64,000 nt of DNA from Polyangia bacterium (GCA_036263495.1 DATAGU010000224.1:55408-119407); one strand, 5' to 3'; shown: positions 42,732 to 53,280, numbered from the stretch's first letter. Notes: a model not told the origin generated them from the sequence alone. Made by a program: numbers and translations.

Positions 42732-43209
42732 GATGCTCGAGCCACAGGACGTCTGCCAGCTGCTCGGTCCCGAGGATCTGCTCGTCCTGCGGCGAGGCTT
42801 CCGGCGCGCCGTGTTGTCCCGCGCGGCCCACGCCGTGTGCGTCGGGCCCTACGCCGCGGCGGCACCGGCGGTGGAGGGGTGGCTGGGCCTGTTCTACGAG
42901 CAGGGGGCGCTGCTCGAGCCCGCGCAGCGCGAGCTCGTGCTCAATGCGCTCCTGGCCGCCGAGGGCCACCGCCGCGAAGTCGCGATCCACGTGTATTGGG
43001 GCCTCATGGAGGGGCTCGGCCCCGAGCAGCTCGCCGCCACCTTCCTCCTCATCGGCATGTACGCCGGCATCGACGCCTACCGGAGCGCCATCCGCGTGAT
43101 GCAGTCGGTCTGCCGGACGCTCCGCGAGCTGGCCGCCACGGGCGGGGTGGCCGTGGAGACCGAGAACGTCATTCGCGAGCTCGGGAGGCAGGACCTCCTG
43201 CCGACGTGA
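42724..43209 (+). CDS. carboxymuconolactone decarboxylase (CMD/AhpD-like) family protein
   Basis: All-helical 161-aa protein with CMD-like pattern; overlaps upstream gene by 8 nt. Confidence 0.6.
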   Translation: MDEMLEPQDVCQLLGPEDLLVLRRGFRRAVLSRAAHAVCVGPYAAAAPAVEGWLGLFYEQGALLEPAQRELVLNALLAAEGHRREVAIHVYWGLMEGLGPEQLAATFLLIGMYAGIDAYRSAIRVMQSVCRTLRELAATGGVAVETENVIRELGRQDLLPT

Positions 43210-44095
43210 TCTCGCCCGTGCCGGGCATGGAGAAGGTCAGGCAGTAGAAGAACCGATTGAGCTGCTCGGCCCGCACGTCCACGGCGCCGGGGGGGAGGTG
43301 CTCGACCGGGCAGTGCGGGGCGGGATCGTAGAACGTCACCAGGCGGAAGGTCAGCCGGTGATAGAGGCTCTGGCGACGCGAGCGATCGAGCTGCTCATCG
43401 ACGACCACGATGGGCGTGCCCGGCACCGCCACGCGCGCCATCTCGGCGAGCGCGCGCGCCGGCTCGCGATACCCCGCGATGCCGCCGACGTGAAACACAC
43501 GATCGAACACGCCATCGCCAAACGGCAGGGCATGGGCGTCTGCGAGCAGGAGGCGCGTCTCGCGGTCCCCGGCGCGGCGCAGCCGGTCGCGGCAGATGCG
43601 CAGCATCCCCCGGCTGAGATCGAGCCCCCAGATCTCGACCGCCTCGGCGGCCGCACCGGGCAGGCCCCCCGACAGGCTCGGTGGCAGGCGGCGCCGCACC
43701 AGCGGGAGATCCGCGCCCGTGCCCACGCCGATGTCGAGGATGCGCACCGGCCGGCCATCGCTGCGAGGGGTGAGGCGCTCGAGCGCCATCCGCGCGAGAT
43801 AGCCAGCGCGCATGTCGGCGGCGCTCCCGACCTGGAACAGGGGCAGCGTGTACTGCACCGCGGGATCATGCAGCGGGGCCAGGTGATCGTAGAGGAGACG
43901 CATGAAGCGATCCGAGCCTCGCACCGCGTCCTCGTCGTAGAGGCTGGGGAGCCCGTCCTCCACGGGCCACGCGACGCCGCAGTCGTGGCAGCGCAGCACG
44001 CCGGTGTCGAGGCGCGCCGCGACGCTCCCCTCGAACCCGAGCCCCCCGCGGCACCGCGGGCAGACGAGGTGCTGCACGTCGCCGGGGGCGATCAT
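43169..44095 (-). CDS. class I SAM-dependent methyltransferase with N-terminal Trm112-like zinc ribbon
   Basis: LVCPRCRGGL....LRCHDCG zinc ribbon; ILDIGVGTGADL (motif I), LLADAHALPFGDGVFDRV (motif II/post-II); ATG 44095 overlaps stop of upstream kinase gene (ATGA); the rest of the 821-aa ORF is antisense read-through. Confidence 0.7.
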   Translation of the reverse strand: MIAPGDVQHLVCPRCRGGLGFEGSVAARLDTGVLRCHDCGVAWPVEDGLPSLYDEDAVRGSDRFMRLLYDHLAPLHDPAVQYTLPLFQVGSAADMRAGYLARMALERLTPRSDGRPVRILDIGVGTGADLPLVRRRLPPSLSGGLPGAAAEAVEIWGLDLSRGMLRICRDRLRRAGDRETRLLLADAHALPFGDGVFDRVFHVGGIAGYREPARALAEMARVAVPGTPIVVVDEQLDRSRRQSLYHRLTFRLVTFYDPAPHCPVEHLPPGAVDVRAEQLNRFFYCLTFSMPGTGEITSAGGPASRARE

Positions 44096-47000
44096 ACGGC
44101 GGCGATGGTCCGCGCGACCGGCGCCGACAATGCCTCGCGGGCGCGTTCGAGGTCGTGCAGGGCGCCCACGCGTTCGAATAGCTGGCACGCGCGGGTGAGG
44201 TGCCGCTGTCGCTCCGCCGCCTCGAGGTGACGCCCGAGCTCGAAGTGGGCGCACCCCTGCTCGAAGGGCATGTTGAGACGCTCGGCCTCCCGCAGCGCCG
44301 CGTGCCACAGCCAGCGCGCGCGGATCGTCTGGCCGCCGAGCCATGCCCGCGTGCCCTCGCAGATCGAGGACCCGGGCCGGGCGAAGGGCAGCGCGCGGGC
44401 GAAGGTCCGGAAGATCCGGCAGGCGCGCTGCGCCCGTTCGCCGAGCTGGCGAGCCCGCTGGGCAGGCTCCCCTTGCGCCCGCTCCCACAGCGCGAGGTAT
44501 GTTTCGGCCACGCTCCACACGCTGCCTCCGAGGAAGAACTGCACGGGCGCCTGCTGCTCCATGCAGGCCAGCGCGCGCGCAGCGTAGTCCTCGGCCTCCT
44601 GCCATTCCTCGAGCTGGAGGTGGAGCATGCAGGCCGAGCCGTAGGTGTAGATGCGGGCCACGCTGCCGCCCTCTTCGTCGACCCACTCGCGCCCCTCCTG
44701 GAGGAGCTCCTTGGCCTCGAGCGCCTGGCCGAGGCGGCACAGGCACTGCGCCATGATGTTCCGCGCCCAGCACAGGGTCTGGAGATCGCCCCGCGCCTGC
44801 GCCAGGACCGCCATCTCGCGCGCCACGACGCCCCCTTCGTCGAAGCAGCCCTCCAGGTAGAGCCCGACGCTGTAGCTCGCCAACCCTTCTTCGAGCTGCC
44901 GGCGATCGCCGAGCTCGCGGGCGAGCGCGATCGCCAGCTCCAGGCGCTCCCGCGCCTCGTGCCAGCGTGCGACGCCGATGGCGTAGCAGCTCACGCGGTT
45001 GAGGCAGTAAATGCGCGTCACGTCCGAGTCGAGCTGGCCGGCGATGGTGAGCGCCCGCTCGAGCCAGCGCTGCGCCACGGTCTGCAGCGGCGTGAAGCCG
45101 ACGACGATGGTCATGAAGGCGTAGCCGCGGGCGAGCGCCGCCGAGGGCGGCAGCTGCTCCGCCAGGGCCAGGCAGCGCAGGCCGCAGTACGTACCCGCGA
45201 TGGGGTCGTTGGCCAAAAAGAAGGCCTCCATCATGCGGTTGAAGACATGGGCCGCCTCGCCGAGGAGCTCGCTCTCCTCCGGCGCGCTCTGGGCGAGGGG
45301 GGCCGGGCGCGACGGCAGCGTCTGGCCGAGGACACGCCGCAGCACCTGGTTGCCGAGGCCGAGCATCCACCCTGCCGGCGACGTGGGCATGGGCGTGCCG
45401 CAGTGACGAAGCGCGCGGTCGGCGTGCCGCCGCCCTGCCTCGGCCTGGCCGAGACCGAGGTGGGCCTCCACCAGCGCTCCCTCCCAGTGTGCCAGGCGCG
45501 CCCGGTCGACGGCCCCCGGGATGTAGGCGCTGAGCGCCAGCGCCTGGTTGAAGAGCTCCACGGCCTCGCGGTTCGAGAAGTCGTGCAGCGCCTGCTCCCC
45601 GGCGCGCTCGAAGTACTCGATCGCCCGGGCCCACGCCTGCGCCTGCTTGAGGTGATGCGCCAGGGCCCGGTAGTAGAGGGGGAACCGCTCCGAGCCGGCG
45701 TAGCGCCGCTCGATGGCCGAGGCCGCGACGTGGTGCAGTCGGCGGCGCTCGTCCTCGGGGATGCGGGCATAGGCCAGCTCCCGCAGCTTGTCGTGCACGA
45801 ACCGGTACGTCCCCTCGCCCGCAGGCTCGAAGATCTGCCGCGTGAAGAGCTCCCGCAGCCGCGCGAGCAGGGTCTCCTCGTCCGTGCCCCCCACGGCCTC
45901 GAGCAGGCCCGCCTCGAACTCGCGGCCGAGCACCGCCGCCGCGGCGAGGAGCTGCGCGGTGGCCTCGTTGAGCCCGGCCAGGCGGCGCCCGACCAGCTCA
46001 CGCAGCGAGCGCGGGAACAGGCGCTCGTAGCCCTCTCCGGTGTCCGCCACCTGCCACTGGCCGCCCTGGCGATAGAGGAGCCGCTCGCCCACCGCCGCCC
46101 GCAGGTACTCGGCGACGAGGAAGGGGTTGCCCTCGGTCTGCTGCGTCAGTGTCTCGACCAGGGCGCGCGGCGGCTCGGCGATGGCCAACATGTGCCCGAC
46201 CAGCGTGGCCACCATCGACTCCCCGAGGCGCCCGAGCTCGATGTGCTCGACACCGGGCCGCGCGGCCAGCTCCTCGAGCGAGTCGTTGCTCTCATCGGAC
46301 CGATGGGTGCCGAGGAAGAGCACGTGGTGCTGCTCGAAGTAGCTGCGCGGCAGCGAGGTGAGGAAGCTGAGCGACATCTCGTCCGCCCACTGCAGGTCGT
46401 CGAGGATGATGAGCAGGGGCTGCTCGACGGCCAGCGCGGCGATCGCCGCGGCCAGCGTCTCGAGCACGCGGCGCCGGGCCTCCTCGCCGGCGAGGTCCTC
46501 GGGCTCGAGCGCGTCGGCCTGCCCCGGCAGCTCGGCCAGCGCGGGCTCGTAGGCCGCGAGCAGGCGGCCGCCGTGGCCGAGCAGCCGGTGCGTCTCCTCG
46601 GCGCCGTTCTGCCGGCAGCGATCGGCCAGGGTCTGGAGCAGGCGGCTGAAGGGGTGGAGCGGCGCCCCGCGCGGCTGCTCGCCCCCGGCGCCCGGTCCGG
46701 CGATCGGCAGGCACTCCCCGGTCACGACCTGCATCCCATCGGCGACGGCCTGCCGGGCGATCTCGCTCGCCAGGTAGGTCTTGCCGATGCCGCTCTCGCC
46801 GACGAGGAGCACCAGGCCCCCCTGACGCCGGAGCTGTTTGAGGCGCCGCCGCAGCTGGAGGAGCGTGGTCTCGCGCCCCACGAGCTCGGGCCGGTAGAGG
46901 TACGGCTGCGCATCCGGCGACGCCGTGCCCGCAGACGGAGGCCGCGCCCCGAGCTGCTCGAGGACCACGGCCACGTCGTCGGCGTGGCCGATGCGGTCGC

Positions 47001-47988
47001 GCGGCCGCTTGGCGAGGAGCCCGAGGAGCAGCCGATCCAGCGCCTCCGGCAGGTCGGTCACGAGCTGCGAGGGCGGGCGCGCCTCGGCCCACAGGTGGAG
47101 CTCGAGCGTCTCGTGCAACGTCTTGCCGAGGAAGGGCAGCTGCCCGGTCACGAGCTCGTAGAGCATGCAGCCGAGGGCGTAGAGATCCGAGCGCGGATCG
47201 ACCCGCTGGCCGAGGATCTGTTCGGGGGCGATGTAGGCCGCGGTCCCGATCAGCGCCTCGGGGACCTCCAGCGTCTCGCGGCCGATGTTGTCGTGCGAGC
47301 GCGAGATGAGGCCGAAGTCGATGAGGACCGGCGTCCCGTCGGGCCGGAGGAACACGTTCTCCGGCTTGAGATCGCGGTGCACGACGCCGCGGCCATGCAG
47401 GTAGGCGAGCGGGTCGCACAGGCGACGTACGAAGTCGAGGACCTCAAGGAGATGACCGGCCGCGGCCGGCGGCCGCTCGCGCTGGCCGTCGCCGTTCCGG
47501 GCGCGCTCCGGCGCGTCGTTCCCACGCGCCCTGCCGCGCGAGCGTCCGAGCCGCCGCTCCAGGCGCATCTCGCCCGATGGCTCTCCGCCGAGGGGATCGG
47601 CGGCGTCCTCGGACGCCGACGCGATCCCGTCCTGATCGTTGCTGGTGGCAGAGCGAAGCAGGTGCTCGTAGCTCTTCCAGATCGACGTGCTGAAATCGTG
47701 CAGCGTCTTCCCGGTGAGCAGCTCCATCGCATACCAGGGGACACCGTCCTCGATCCCCTGGTCCACGATCCGCACCACCCCCGGGTGCTGGATCTGGCTC
47801 AAAGCGTGGATCTCGAGACGCAAGCCGGCGAGGCTCGCCTCCCGCGGCACCGGCACGGTCTTCAGCGCCACCCGCTCGCCCGTCTCGCGGTGCTCGGCGC
47901 AATAGACCACCCCCATCCCGCCCCGCCCTATCTCATCGAGGAGGCGGTAGGAACCGATGTCCGACAGCGTCATCCCTGCTTCCATCAT
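44092..47988 (-). CDS. Ser/Thr kinase - AAA/NB-ARC-like ATPase - TPR (STAND-type) protein, ~1298 aa
   Basis: Kinase domain (IGRGGMGVVY, HRDLKPENVFL, DFG), P-loop (LVGESGIGKTYLA), LDDLQWAD, long TPR C-terminus; paralogous architecture to 36349..40281; alternative start at 47973. Confidence 0.8.
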   Translation of the reverse strand: MMEAGMTLSDIGSYRLLDEIGRGGMGVVYCAEHRETGERVALKTVPVPREASLAGLRLEIHALSQIQHPGVVRIVDQGIEDGVPWYAMELLTGKTLHDFSTSIWKSYEHLLRSATSNDQDGIASASEDAADPLGGEPSGEMRLERRLGRSRGRARGNDAPERARNGDGQRERPPAAAGHLLEVLDFVRRLCDPLAYLHGRGVVHRDLKPENVFLRPDGTPVLIDFGLISRSHDNIGRETLEVPEALIGTAAYIAPEQILGQRVDPRSDLYALGCMLYELVTGQLPFLGKTLHETLELHLWAEARPPSQLVTDLPEALDRLLLGLLAKRPRDRIGHADDVAVVLEQLGARPPSAGTASPDAQPYLYRPELVGRETTLLQLRRRLKQLRRQGGLVLLVGESGIGKTYLASEIARQAVADGMQVVTGECLPIAGPGAGGEQPRGAPLHPFSRLLQTLADRCRQNGAEETHRLLGHGGRLLAAYEPALAELPGQADALEPEDLAGEEARRRVLETLAAAIAALAVEQPLLIILDDLQWADEMSLSFLTSLPRSYFEQHHVLFLGTHRSDESNDSLEELAARPGVEHIELGRLGESMVATLVGHMLAIAEPPRALVETLTQQTEGNPFLVAEYLRAAVGERLLYRQGGQWQVADTGEGYERLFPRSLRELVGRRLAGLNEATAQLLAAAAVLGREFEAGLLEAVGGTDEETLLARLRELFTRQIFEPAGEGTYRFVHDKLRELAYARIPEDERRRLHHVAASAIERRYAGSERFPLYYRALAHHLKQAQAWARAIEYFERAGEQALHDFSNREAVELFNQALALSAYIPGAVDRARLAHWEGALVEAHLGLGQAEAGRRHADRALRHCGTPMPTSPAGWMLGLGNQVLRRVLGQTLPSRPAPLAQSAPEESELLGEAAHVFNRMMEAFFLANDPIAGTYCGLRCLALAEQLPPSAALARGYAFMTIVVGFTPLQTVAQRWLERALTIAGQLDSDVTRIYCLNRVSCYAIGVARWHEARERLELAIALARELGDRRQLEEGLASYSVGLYLEGCFDEGGVVAREMAVLAQARGDLQTLCWARNIMAQCLCRLGQALEAKELLQEGREWVDEEGGSVARIYTYGSACMLHLQLEEWQEAEDYAARALACMEQQAPVQFFLGGSVWSVAETYLALWERAQGEPAQRARQLGERAQRACRIFRTFARALPFARPGSSICEGTRAWLGGQTIRARWLWHAALREAERLNMPFEQGCAHFELGRHLEAAERQRHLTRACQLFERVGALHDLERAREALSAPVARTIAAV

Positions 47989-48150
47989 TCTATCAAATCG
48001 CCGCCCGCGCCATCGGCGCCGCCCCGCACCGGCCCTGGAGAGTCGGCGCGCCGGGCCTCGCTGGATCCCAGCGTTGGATCCCTACCGCTGATAAACCCAT
48101 CAGCTATTCCCGCGCTTGCACCCATCGCTCGCAGCAAATTACTATGATCT

Positions 48151-49908
48151 ATGGTGCAACCTCTCGCCGTCGAGCGGCAGTTGTCGCCAGCGGCGCCCGG
48201 CGGGACCCTTGCCGACGGAGCCGAGCCGCAGGGAGACCCGATCCTCGGGACCCCGCAAGGGCGGCGCCTCACCTATTTCCTGCTGCTGCGCGTGCTCGTG
48301 ACCACGCTCCTCATGCTGGTGTCCTTTGCCAGCGAACTGGCGGAGCCGTCGCTCACGGTGACGCCCAAGGCCAAGCTGCTCTTCACGCTGATCGCGCTCG
48401 CCTACGCGACCGCCTTGATAGCGGCTCTGCTCCTCCGACAGGGGCGTGGGCTGCGCTGGCTCGTGCCGGCCCAAGCCGCCTTCGATATGGCCGCAATCAC
48501 CGTTGTTGTCCATGCCACCGGGGGGGCGGAGTCGGGATTCGTCTTCCTCTATCTCCTGTCGATCGTCGCCACGGCGCTGGTCCTACCCGGGCTGGGGATG
48601 GCCCTCGCGGCCTCTGGCGGCGCGCTCGCCTACGTGGGCATCAGCGTGGCCGGCCGGCTCGGCTGGGTCCCTCACCTTCCGGGAGAGCTCCACTTCGAGA
48701 CGCCGCTCGCCACCATGCTCCGCACGCTCTTCGCCAACCTGGTCGCGTTCGCCGCCACGACGGCGCTCGCGCGGCGCCTCACGACCGAGCTCGAGCGGGC
48801 GGGGGAGCGCCTCGCCGCGCAGGGGACGCGCCTCGCCGAGCTGCAGGCGCATCACGCCGAGGTCATCGAGTCCCTCACCTCCGGCCTCCTCACCGTGACG
48901 AACGATGGCCGGGTCGCCACCTGCAACCGGGCCGCGGCCGAGCTGCTCGGCCTCGAGGTGCCCGCCGGGATGGTGCTCGGGCGCCCGCTGGCCGAGCTGC
49001 TCCCTGGACTGCCCGAGGTCCCAGCCGGCGGGACGCTGCGCCGGGGCGAGGTGATCGTGCGGCGGAGCGATGGCAGCGAGCGCTGCTTCGGCGTGTCGAT
49101 CTCCCCGCTCCTCCCCGCCGCCTCCGGCGCCCCGCGGCCCGTGGGCTCAGTCGTGAACTTCCAGGACGTGACCGAGCTGCGGCGGATGCGCGAGCAGGTC
49201 CAGCGCGCCCAGCAGCTGGCAGCGCTCGGGCGCATGGCGGCCGGCGTGGCGCACGAGATCCGCAACCCGCTCGCCGCCATCTCGGGCGCCATCGAGCTCC
49301 TCGGCACCTCGGCCGGACAGGACGTCGAGGAGCAGCGCGAACTCATGGGCATCGTCACGCGCGAGGTGACTCGCCTCGACCACCTCATCGCCGAGCTCCT
49401 CGACTTCGCGCGGCCCCGCCCACCGCACCTCCATCCCGTGGAGCTGGCCGGGGCCATGCGCGAGTTCGCGCGCGTGCTCGCGGCCGATCGCCGGCTCGGG
49501 GAGCGGCGGCTCGAGCTGCGGCTTGAGGAGCCGGTGTGGATCCTGGTCGATCCCGGGCAGCTGCGTCAGGTGTTGTGGAACCTCGCGCGCAACGCCGCCG
49601 AAGCCTCGCCCCGCGATGCGCCGATCGTCCTCTCGGTCCGCACGCTCTCGGTGCACACCCTCGCTACCCAGAGGCGCTGGGCGGTCTTCTCGATCCGCGA
49701 CCACGGCCACGGCATCCCGGCCGAGGAGCGCGCGCGGCTGTTCGAGCCGTTCTTCACCACCAAACAGAGCGGGACCGGCCTCGGCCTCGCGATCGTGCAT
49801 CGCATCGTCGCTGAGCATCAGGGCGAGATCGACGTGCGCACGCCGCCCGACGGCGGCGCCGAGTTCGTGATTCACCTGCCGCTGGCCGAGCTCCCGGTCA
49901 GCGCCTGA
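48151..49908 (+). CDS. membrane sensor histidine kinase (multi-TM sensor, PAS, HisKA, HATPase_c)
   Basis: Six predicted TM helices, PAS-like segment, H-box (GVAHEIRNPLAAI), N/G-box (LARNA...GTGLGLAIV). Confidence 0.8.
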   Translation: MVQPLAVERQLSPAAPGGTLADGAEPQGDPILGTPQGRRLTYFLLLRVLVTTLLMLVSFASELAEPSLTVTPKAKLLFTLIALAYATALIAALLLRQGRGLRWLVPAQAAFDMAAITVVVHATGGAESGFVFLYLLSIVATALVLPGLGMALAASGGALAYVGISVAGRLGWVPHLPGELHFETPLATMLRTLFANLVAFAATTALARRLTTELERAGERLAAQGTRLAELQAHHAEVIESLTSGLLTVTNDGRVATCNRAAAELLGLEVPAGMVLGRPLAELLPGLPEVPAGGTLRRGEVIVRRSDGSERCFGVSISPLLPAASGAPRPVGSVVNFQDVTELRRMREQVQRAQQLAALGRMAAGVAHEIRNPLAAISGAIELLGTSAGQDVEEQRELMGIVTREVTRLDHLIAELLDFARPRPPHLHPVELAGAMREFARVLAADRRLGERRLELRLEEPVWILVDPGQLRQVLWNLARNAAEASPRDAPIVLSVRTLSVHTLATQRRWAVFSIRDHGHGIPAEERARLFEPFFTTKQSGTGLGLAIVHRIVAEHQGEIDVRTPPDGGAEFVIHLPLAELPVSA

Positions 49909-49961
49909 TCTATCCGAGGATGTGAGGGGGAAGGGCGTGGGCGGAGGGAGGCCGAGGCCGA

Positions 49962-51221
49962 CTACTCGAAGCGGTACCCCTTGGGGATCACGACGATGCC
50001 ATCGACGATCGGGAACCGGTGGCGATCCGCCTCCTCGTCGTAGCCGATCTCGGTCCCCGGCGGGATGCGCACGTCCTTGTCGATGATGGCGCGGCGCACC
50101 CGCGCATGCCGCCCCACGTCGACCCCCTCCATGAGGATGGAGTACTCGACCCGGGAGTAGCTGTTCACGCGCACCCGCGGGCCGAGCACCGCGTGATCCA
50201 CCTGACCGCCGGAGATGATGCTCCCCTCGGAGACCAGCGAGTAGGTGGCCGTGCCGACGCGCGCGTGCTCGGCGTCGGCGAACACGAACTTGGCCGGCGG
50301 GAGCGGCTTGTTCCAGGTGAGCACGGGCCAGCGCGGGTTGTAGAGGTCGAACACCGGCACCACCGCGATGAGGTCGAGGTTCGCCTGGTAGTAGGACTCG
50401 ATGGTGCCGACGTCGCGCCAGTAGCCGCGCTCGCGCTCGGCCATGCCCGGGACCTGGTTCTGCGAGAAGTCGTACACGTAGCAGCGGCGCTTGCGCTCCA
50501 TCATGGACGGCAGGATGTTGCGGCCGAAGTCGTGCGCCGACTCCGACTCGGCGTCCTGGCGCAGCTCGTGGACGAGCGCCGACGTCTCGAAGATGTAGTT
50601 GCCCATCGACGCCAGCGACCAGCCCGGCCGATCCGGGATCTCCGGCGGATCCTCCGGCTTCTCGACGAACGACACCATCCGCGACTCGCGGTCGACGCCG
50701 ATGACGCCGAAGGAGCGCGCCATCTCCCGCGGCACCGGGATGGCCGCCACCGTCAGCTCCGCCTCCCGTTCGAGATGGAAGTCGAGCATCTGGCTCACGT
50801 CCATCTTGTAGAGGTGGTCCCCGCCGAAGATGCACACGTGGTCGGGGTTCTCGTCGGTGATGATGTTGAGTGACTGGTAGAGCGCGTCGGCCGAGCCCTT
50901 GAACCATGCCGGCCCGCGCCGCTGCTGCGCCGGCACCACCTCGACGTAGAAGTCGAGCATGGCCGGGAGCCGCCAGCCGCGCGCGATGTGCGTGTTGAGC
51001 GAGTCCGACTTGTACTGCGTCAGGACCTTGATCTTGAGCAGGCCCGAGTTGACGAAGTTCGACAAGACGAAGTCGATCAGGCGGTAGCGCCCCCCGATCG
51101 GGACCGCGGGTTTGGCGCGATCCGCCGTCAGCGGCAAGAGCCGCCGTCCTTCCCCACCCGCCAAGACAACAGCCAAAACATGCGGAGATGGTCCCTTTCG
51201 GGACACCAGACTGAGTGGCAT
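49962..51221 (-). CDS. glgC: glucose-1-phosphate adenylyltransferase
   Basis: [13 protein letters not shown]...[17 protein letters not shown]-terminal signature and left-handed beta-helix C-terminus typical of GlgC. Confidence 0.9.
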   Translation of the reverse strand: MPLSLVSRKGPSPHVLAVVLAGGEGRRLLPLTADRAKPAVPIGGRYRLIDFVLSNFVNSGLLKIKVLTQYKSDSLNTHIARGWRLPAMLDFYVEVVPAQQRRGPAWFKGSADALYQSLNIITDENPDHVCIFGGDHLYKMDVSQMLDFHLEREAELTVAAIPVPREMARSFGVIGVDRESRMVSFVEKPEDPPEIPDRPGWSLASMGNYIFETSALVHELRQDAESESAHDFGRNILPSMMERKRRCYVYDFSQNQVPGMAERERGYWRDVGTIESYYQANLDLIAVVPVFDLYNPRWPVLTWNKPLPPAKFVFADAEHARVGTATYSLVSEGSIISGGQVDHAVLGPRVRVNSYSRVEYSILMEGVDVGRHARVRRAIIDKDVRIPPGTEIGYDEEADRHRFPIVDGIVVIPKGYRFE

Positions 51222-51252
51222 GGGTCAAGCCCCCAGAAGAATTTGTTTGCGT

Positions 51253-52725
51253 TCAGTGACCGATGACGTTGTTGGTCACGAGATACAACACAGCCCCGCC
51301 CCCAGCGATCAAGACCAGGGCGCCCAGGGCGATCCACAGCCCGAAGCCGCCCTTCTTCTTCTTGCGCGAGGCCGCGGGCGCGGACTCCATCATCTCGCCG
51401 GGCGCGGGCATGCGCTCGGCTTGCGGGGCACCCTGCCATCCCGGATGACCGCCCGCCTCTCGGGCCACAGGAGCCCCACCGCCGTGCCCGTTCGGTGGTC
51501 CCTGGGCCAGGCTCCCCTGGATGGTGGCCATCTCCCGCGTGCTGTCCTTCAGACGATCAGCGAGATTCGGCTCGATGTCTACCGGTTCCTCAGTAGAGGG
51601 CTCCTCCTCGGCCCACTTCTGGGTATCGATGAAATCGATGAGCGGTTGTTGACCTGGCTGTTGATCCTGCTGGAGCTCATCGGGCGACAGCGGCTTGGCC
51701 GTCGATTCGAGCGAGGTGAACTTGAGGATCTCCTCGTTGATGAGCTCGTCGATGAGCTTCTTGGGTGCCACCTGCACGGGCTGGCTCTGCTGCCGCTCGC
51801 GGATGGTCTCCTGCACGAGCTGCGCGATGTCGCGGCTCGTCACCTTGAGTTTCTGCGAGAACAGGTAATGCGCCAGCGCGTCCTGCAGCTCGCCGGCGGT
51901 CTGGTACCGCTGCTCGGGATCGCGCGCCAGCGCCCGCCGCACCACCGCCTCGAGCTCCGCGTCCACCTCGGAGTTCTGCGCCGACAGCGAAGGCACGTGC
52001 GCCTGGCGCACCAGCTCGACCGTCTGATAATCGGTCTCGCCGTAGAACAGGCGCTTCCCCGTCAGCATCTCATAGAGGATGATGCCGACGGCGAAGATAT
52101 CGGCGCGCCGATCCACCTCCTTGCCCCAGGCCGCCTCGGGCGAGAGGTAGGAGAACTTGCCCTTGACCACCCCGGGATCGGTCTGTTCGAGCTGCGACGT
52201 CGCCTTGGCCAGCCCGAAGTCGACCAGCTTCACCTCGCCGTTGCGCGACATCAGGATGTTGGGCGGCGAGATGTCGCGATGGACGATGTTGAGCGGGCGC
52301 CCGGTCTCGTCGGTCACGTCGTGCGCATACGCGAGACCCTTACACACCTCCATCATCAGATAGAGGATGTGGGCCACGCGCACGCGCCGCCCTTGCCGCC
52401 GATGGGAATCGATCACCCCCTTGAGGTTCGATCCCTCGACGAACTCCATCACGATGAAGTAGGCGCCCGGATTGGCGCCATCGGGCGGAGCCTGCCCGAT
52501 GTCGAACACCGCCACGATGTTGGCGTGCTGCAGGTGCAGCGACAGCCGCGCCTCGTCGAGGAACATGGAGATGAACTTCTTGTTCTTCGTGAGGTGCGGA
52601 AGAATGCGCTTGATCGCGACGTTCTTCTTGAACCCTTGCAGGCTCTCGGCGACGCCACGGAACACCTCCGCCATACCACCGGCGTCGATGCGTTCCGTGA
52701 CCCGATATCTTTGGTGATCGGCCAT
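51253..52725 (-). CDS. Ser/Thr protein kinase with C-terminal TM anchor
   Basis: GGMAEVF, AIKR, HRDISPPNIL, DFG, SPE; C-terminal hydrophobic helix (LWIALGALVLIAGGGAVLYLV). Confidence 0.8.
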   Translation of the reverse strand: MADHQRYRVTERIDAGGMAEVFRGVAESLQGFKKNVAIKRILPHLTKNKKFISMFLDEARLSLHLQHANIVAVFDIGQAPPDGANPGAYFIVMEFVEGSNLKGVIDSHRRQGRRVRVAHILYLMMEVCKGLAYAHDVTDETGRPLNIVHRDISPPNILMSRNGEVKLVDFGLAKATSQLEQTDPGVVKGKFSYLSPEAAWGKEVDRRADIFAVGIILYEMLTGKRLFYGETDYQTVELVRQAHVPSLSAQNSEVDAELEAVVRRALARDPEQRYQTAGELQDALAHYLFSQKLKVTSRDIAQLVQETIRERQQSQPVQVAPKKLIDELINEEILKFTSLESTAKPLSPDELQQDQQPGQQPLIDFIDTQKWAEEEPSTEEPVDIEPNLADRLKDSTREMATIQGSLAQGPPNGHGGGAPVAREAGGHPGWQGAPQAERMPAPGEMMESAPAASRKKKKGGFGLWIALGALVLIAGGGAVLYLVTNNVIGH

Positions 52726-52791
52726 CAGGCGAGGAAGTGCGCGTCTGCGGGCACTCTACCAGAAGGCCTCGTAGCTGCCAAGGGAGGGGGG

Positions 52792-53280
52792 CTATTCTTC
52801 GCCGCCGCCGGCGTCTTCGCCCATGCCGAAATCGGAGTCGCCCATCGAACCGGCGCGACCGAGCTGGTTCTGGGCCTGCTCCTCGCGCTCGCGCTCTTCC
52901 TTGCAGTCGATGCACAGCGTCGTCACGGGCCGCGCGAGCAGGCGCTTGAACCCGATGGGCTCGCCGCAGTCCTCGCACTCATTGATGGTCCCGTTGTTGA
53001 GCCGCTCGATGGCATCGAGGATCTTGCCAAGGAGGAACTTCTCCCGGTCGCGCAGGCGCAGCTCGGTCGAGAACAGTTCCTCTTCCATGGACTCGTCGAT
53101 GGAGTCGCGGCCGATGTTGCGCTCGCGGTTCATCGCGAACGAGAGCCCTTCCTGCGCGTTGTGCAGGAGGCGCTGCTTCTCGGCCATCAGGGCCTCGCGG
53201 ATCTTCTCGCGCTCTGTCTCCTTGAGTTGGTTCACGGGGGCAGGACTGGTCTCTCGAGCAGTAGTAGGCTTCATGGGCAC
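52792..53280 (-). CDS. dksA: DksA/TraR family C4-type zinc-finger transcription factor
   Basis: Coiled-coil N-terminus and CEDCGEPIG...CIDC zinc finger. Confidence 0.75.
   Translation of the reverse strand: MPMKPTTARETSPAPVNQLKETEREKIREALMAEKQRLLHNAQEGLSFAMNRERNIGRDSIDESMEEELFSTELRLRDREKFLLGKILDAIERLNNGTINECEDCGEPIGFKRLLARPVTTLCIDCKEEREREEQAQNQLGRAGSMGDSDFGMGEDAGGGEE

Noticed and set aside
43169-45634. 821-aa ORF on minus strand
   Set aside because: Only the last 308 codons (43169..44095) show methyltransferase motifs. The upstream two-thirds is read-through in an alternate frame of the kinase gene.
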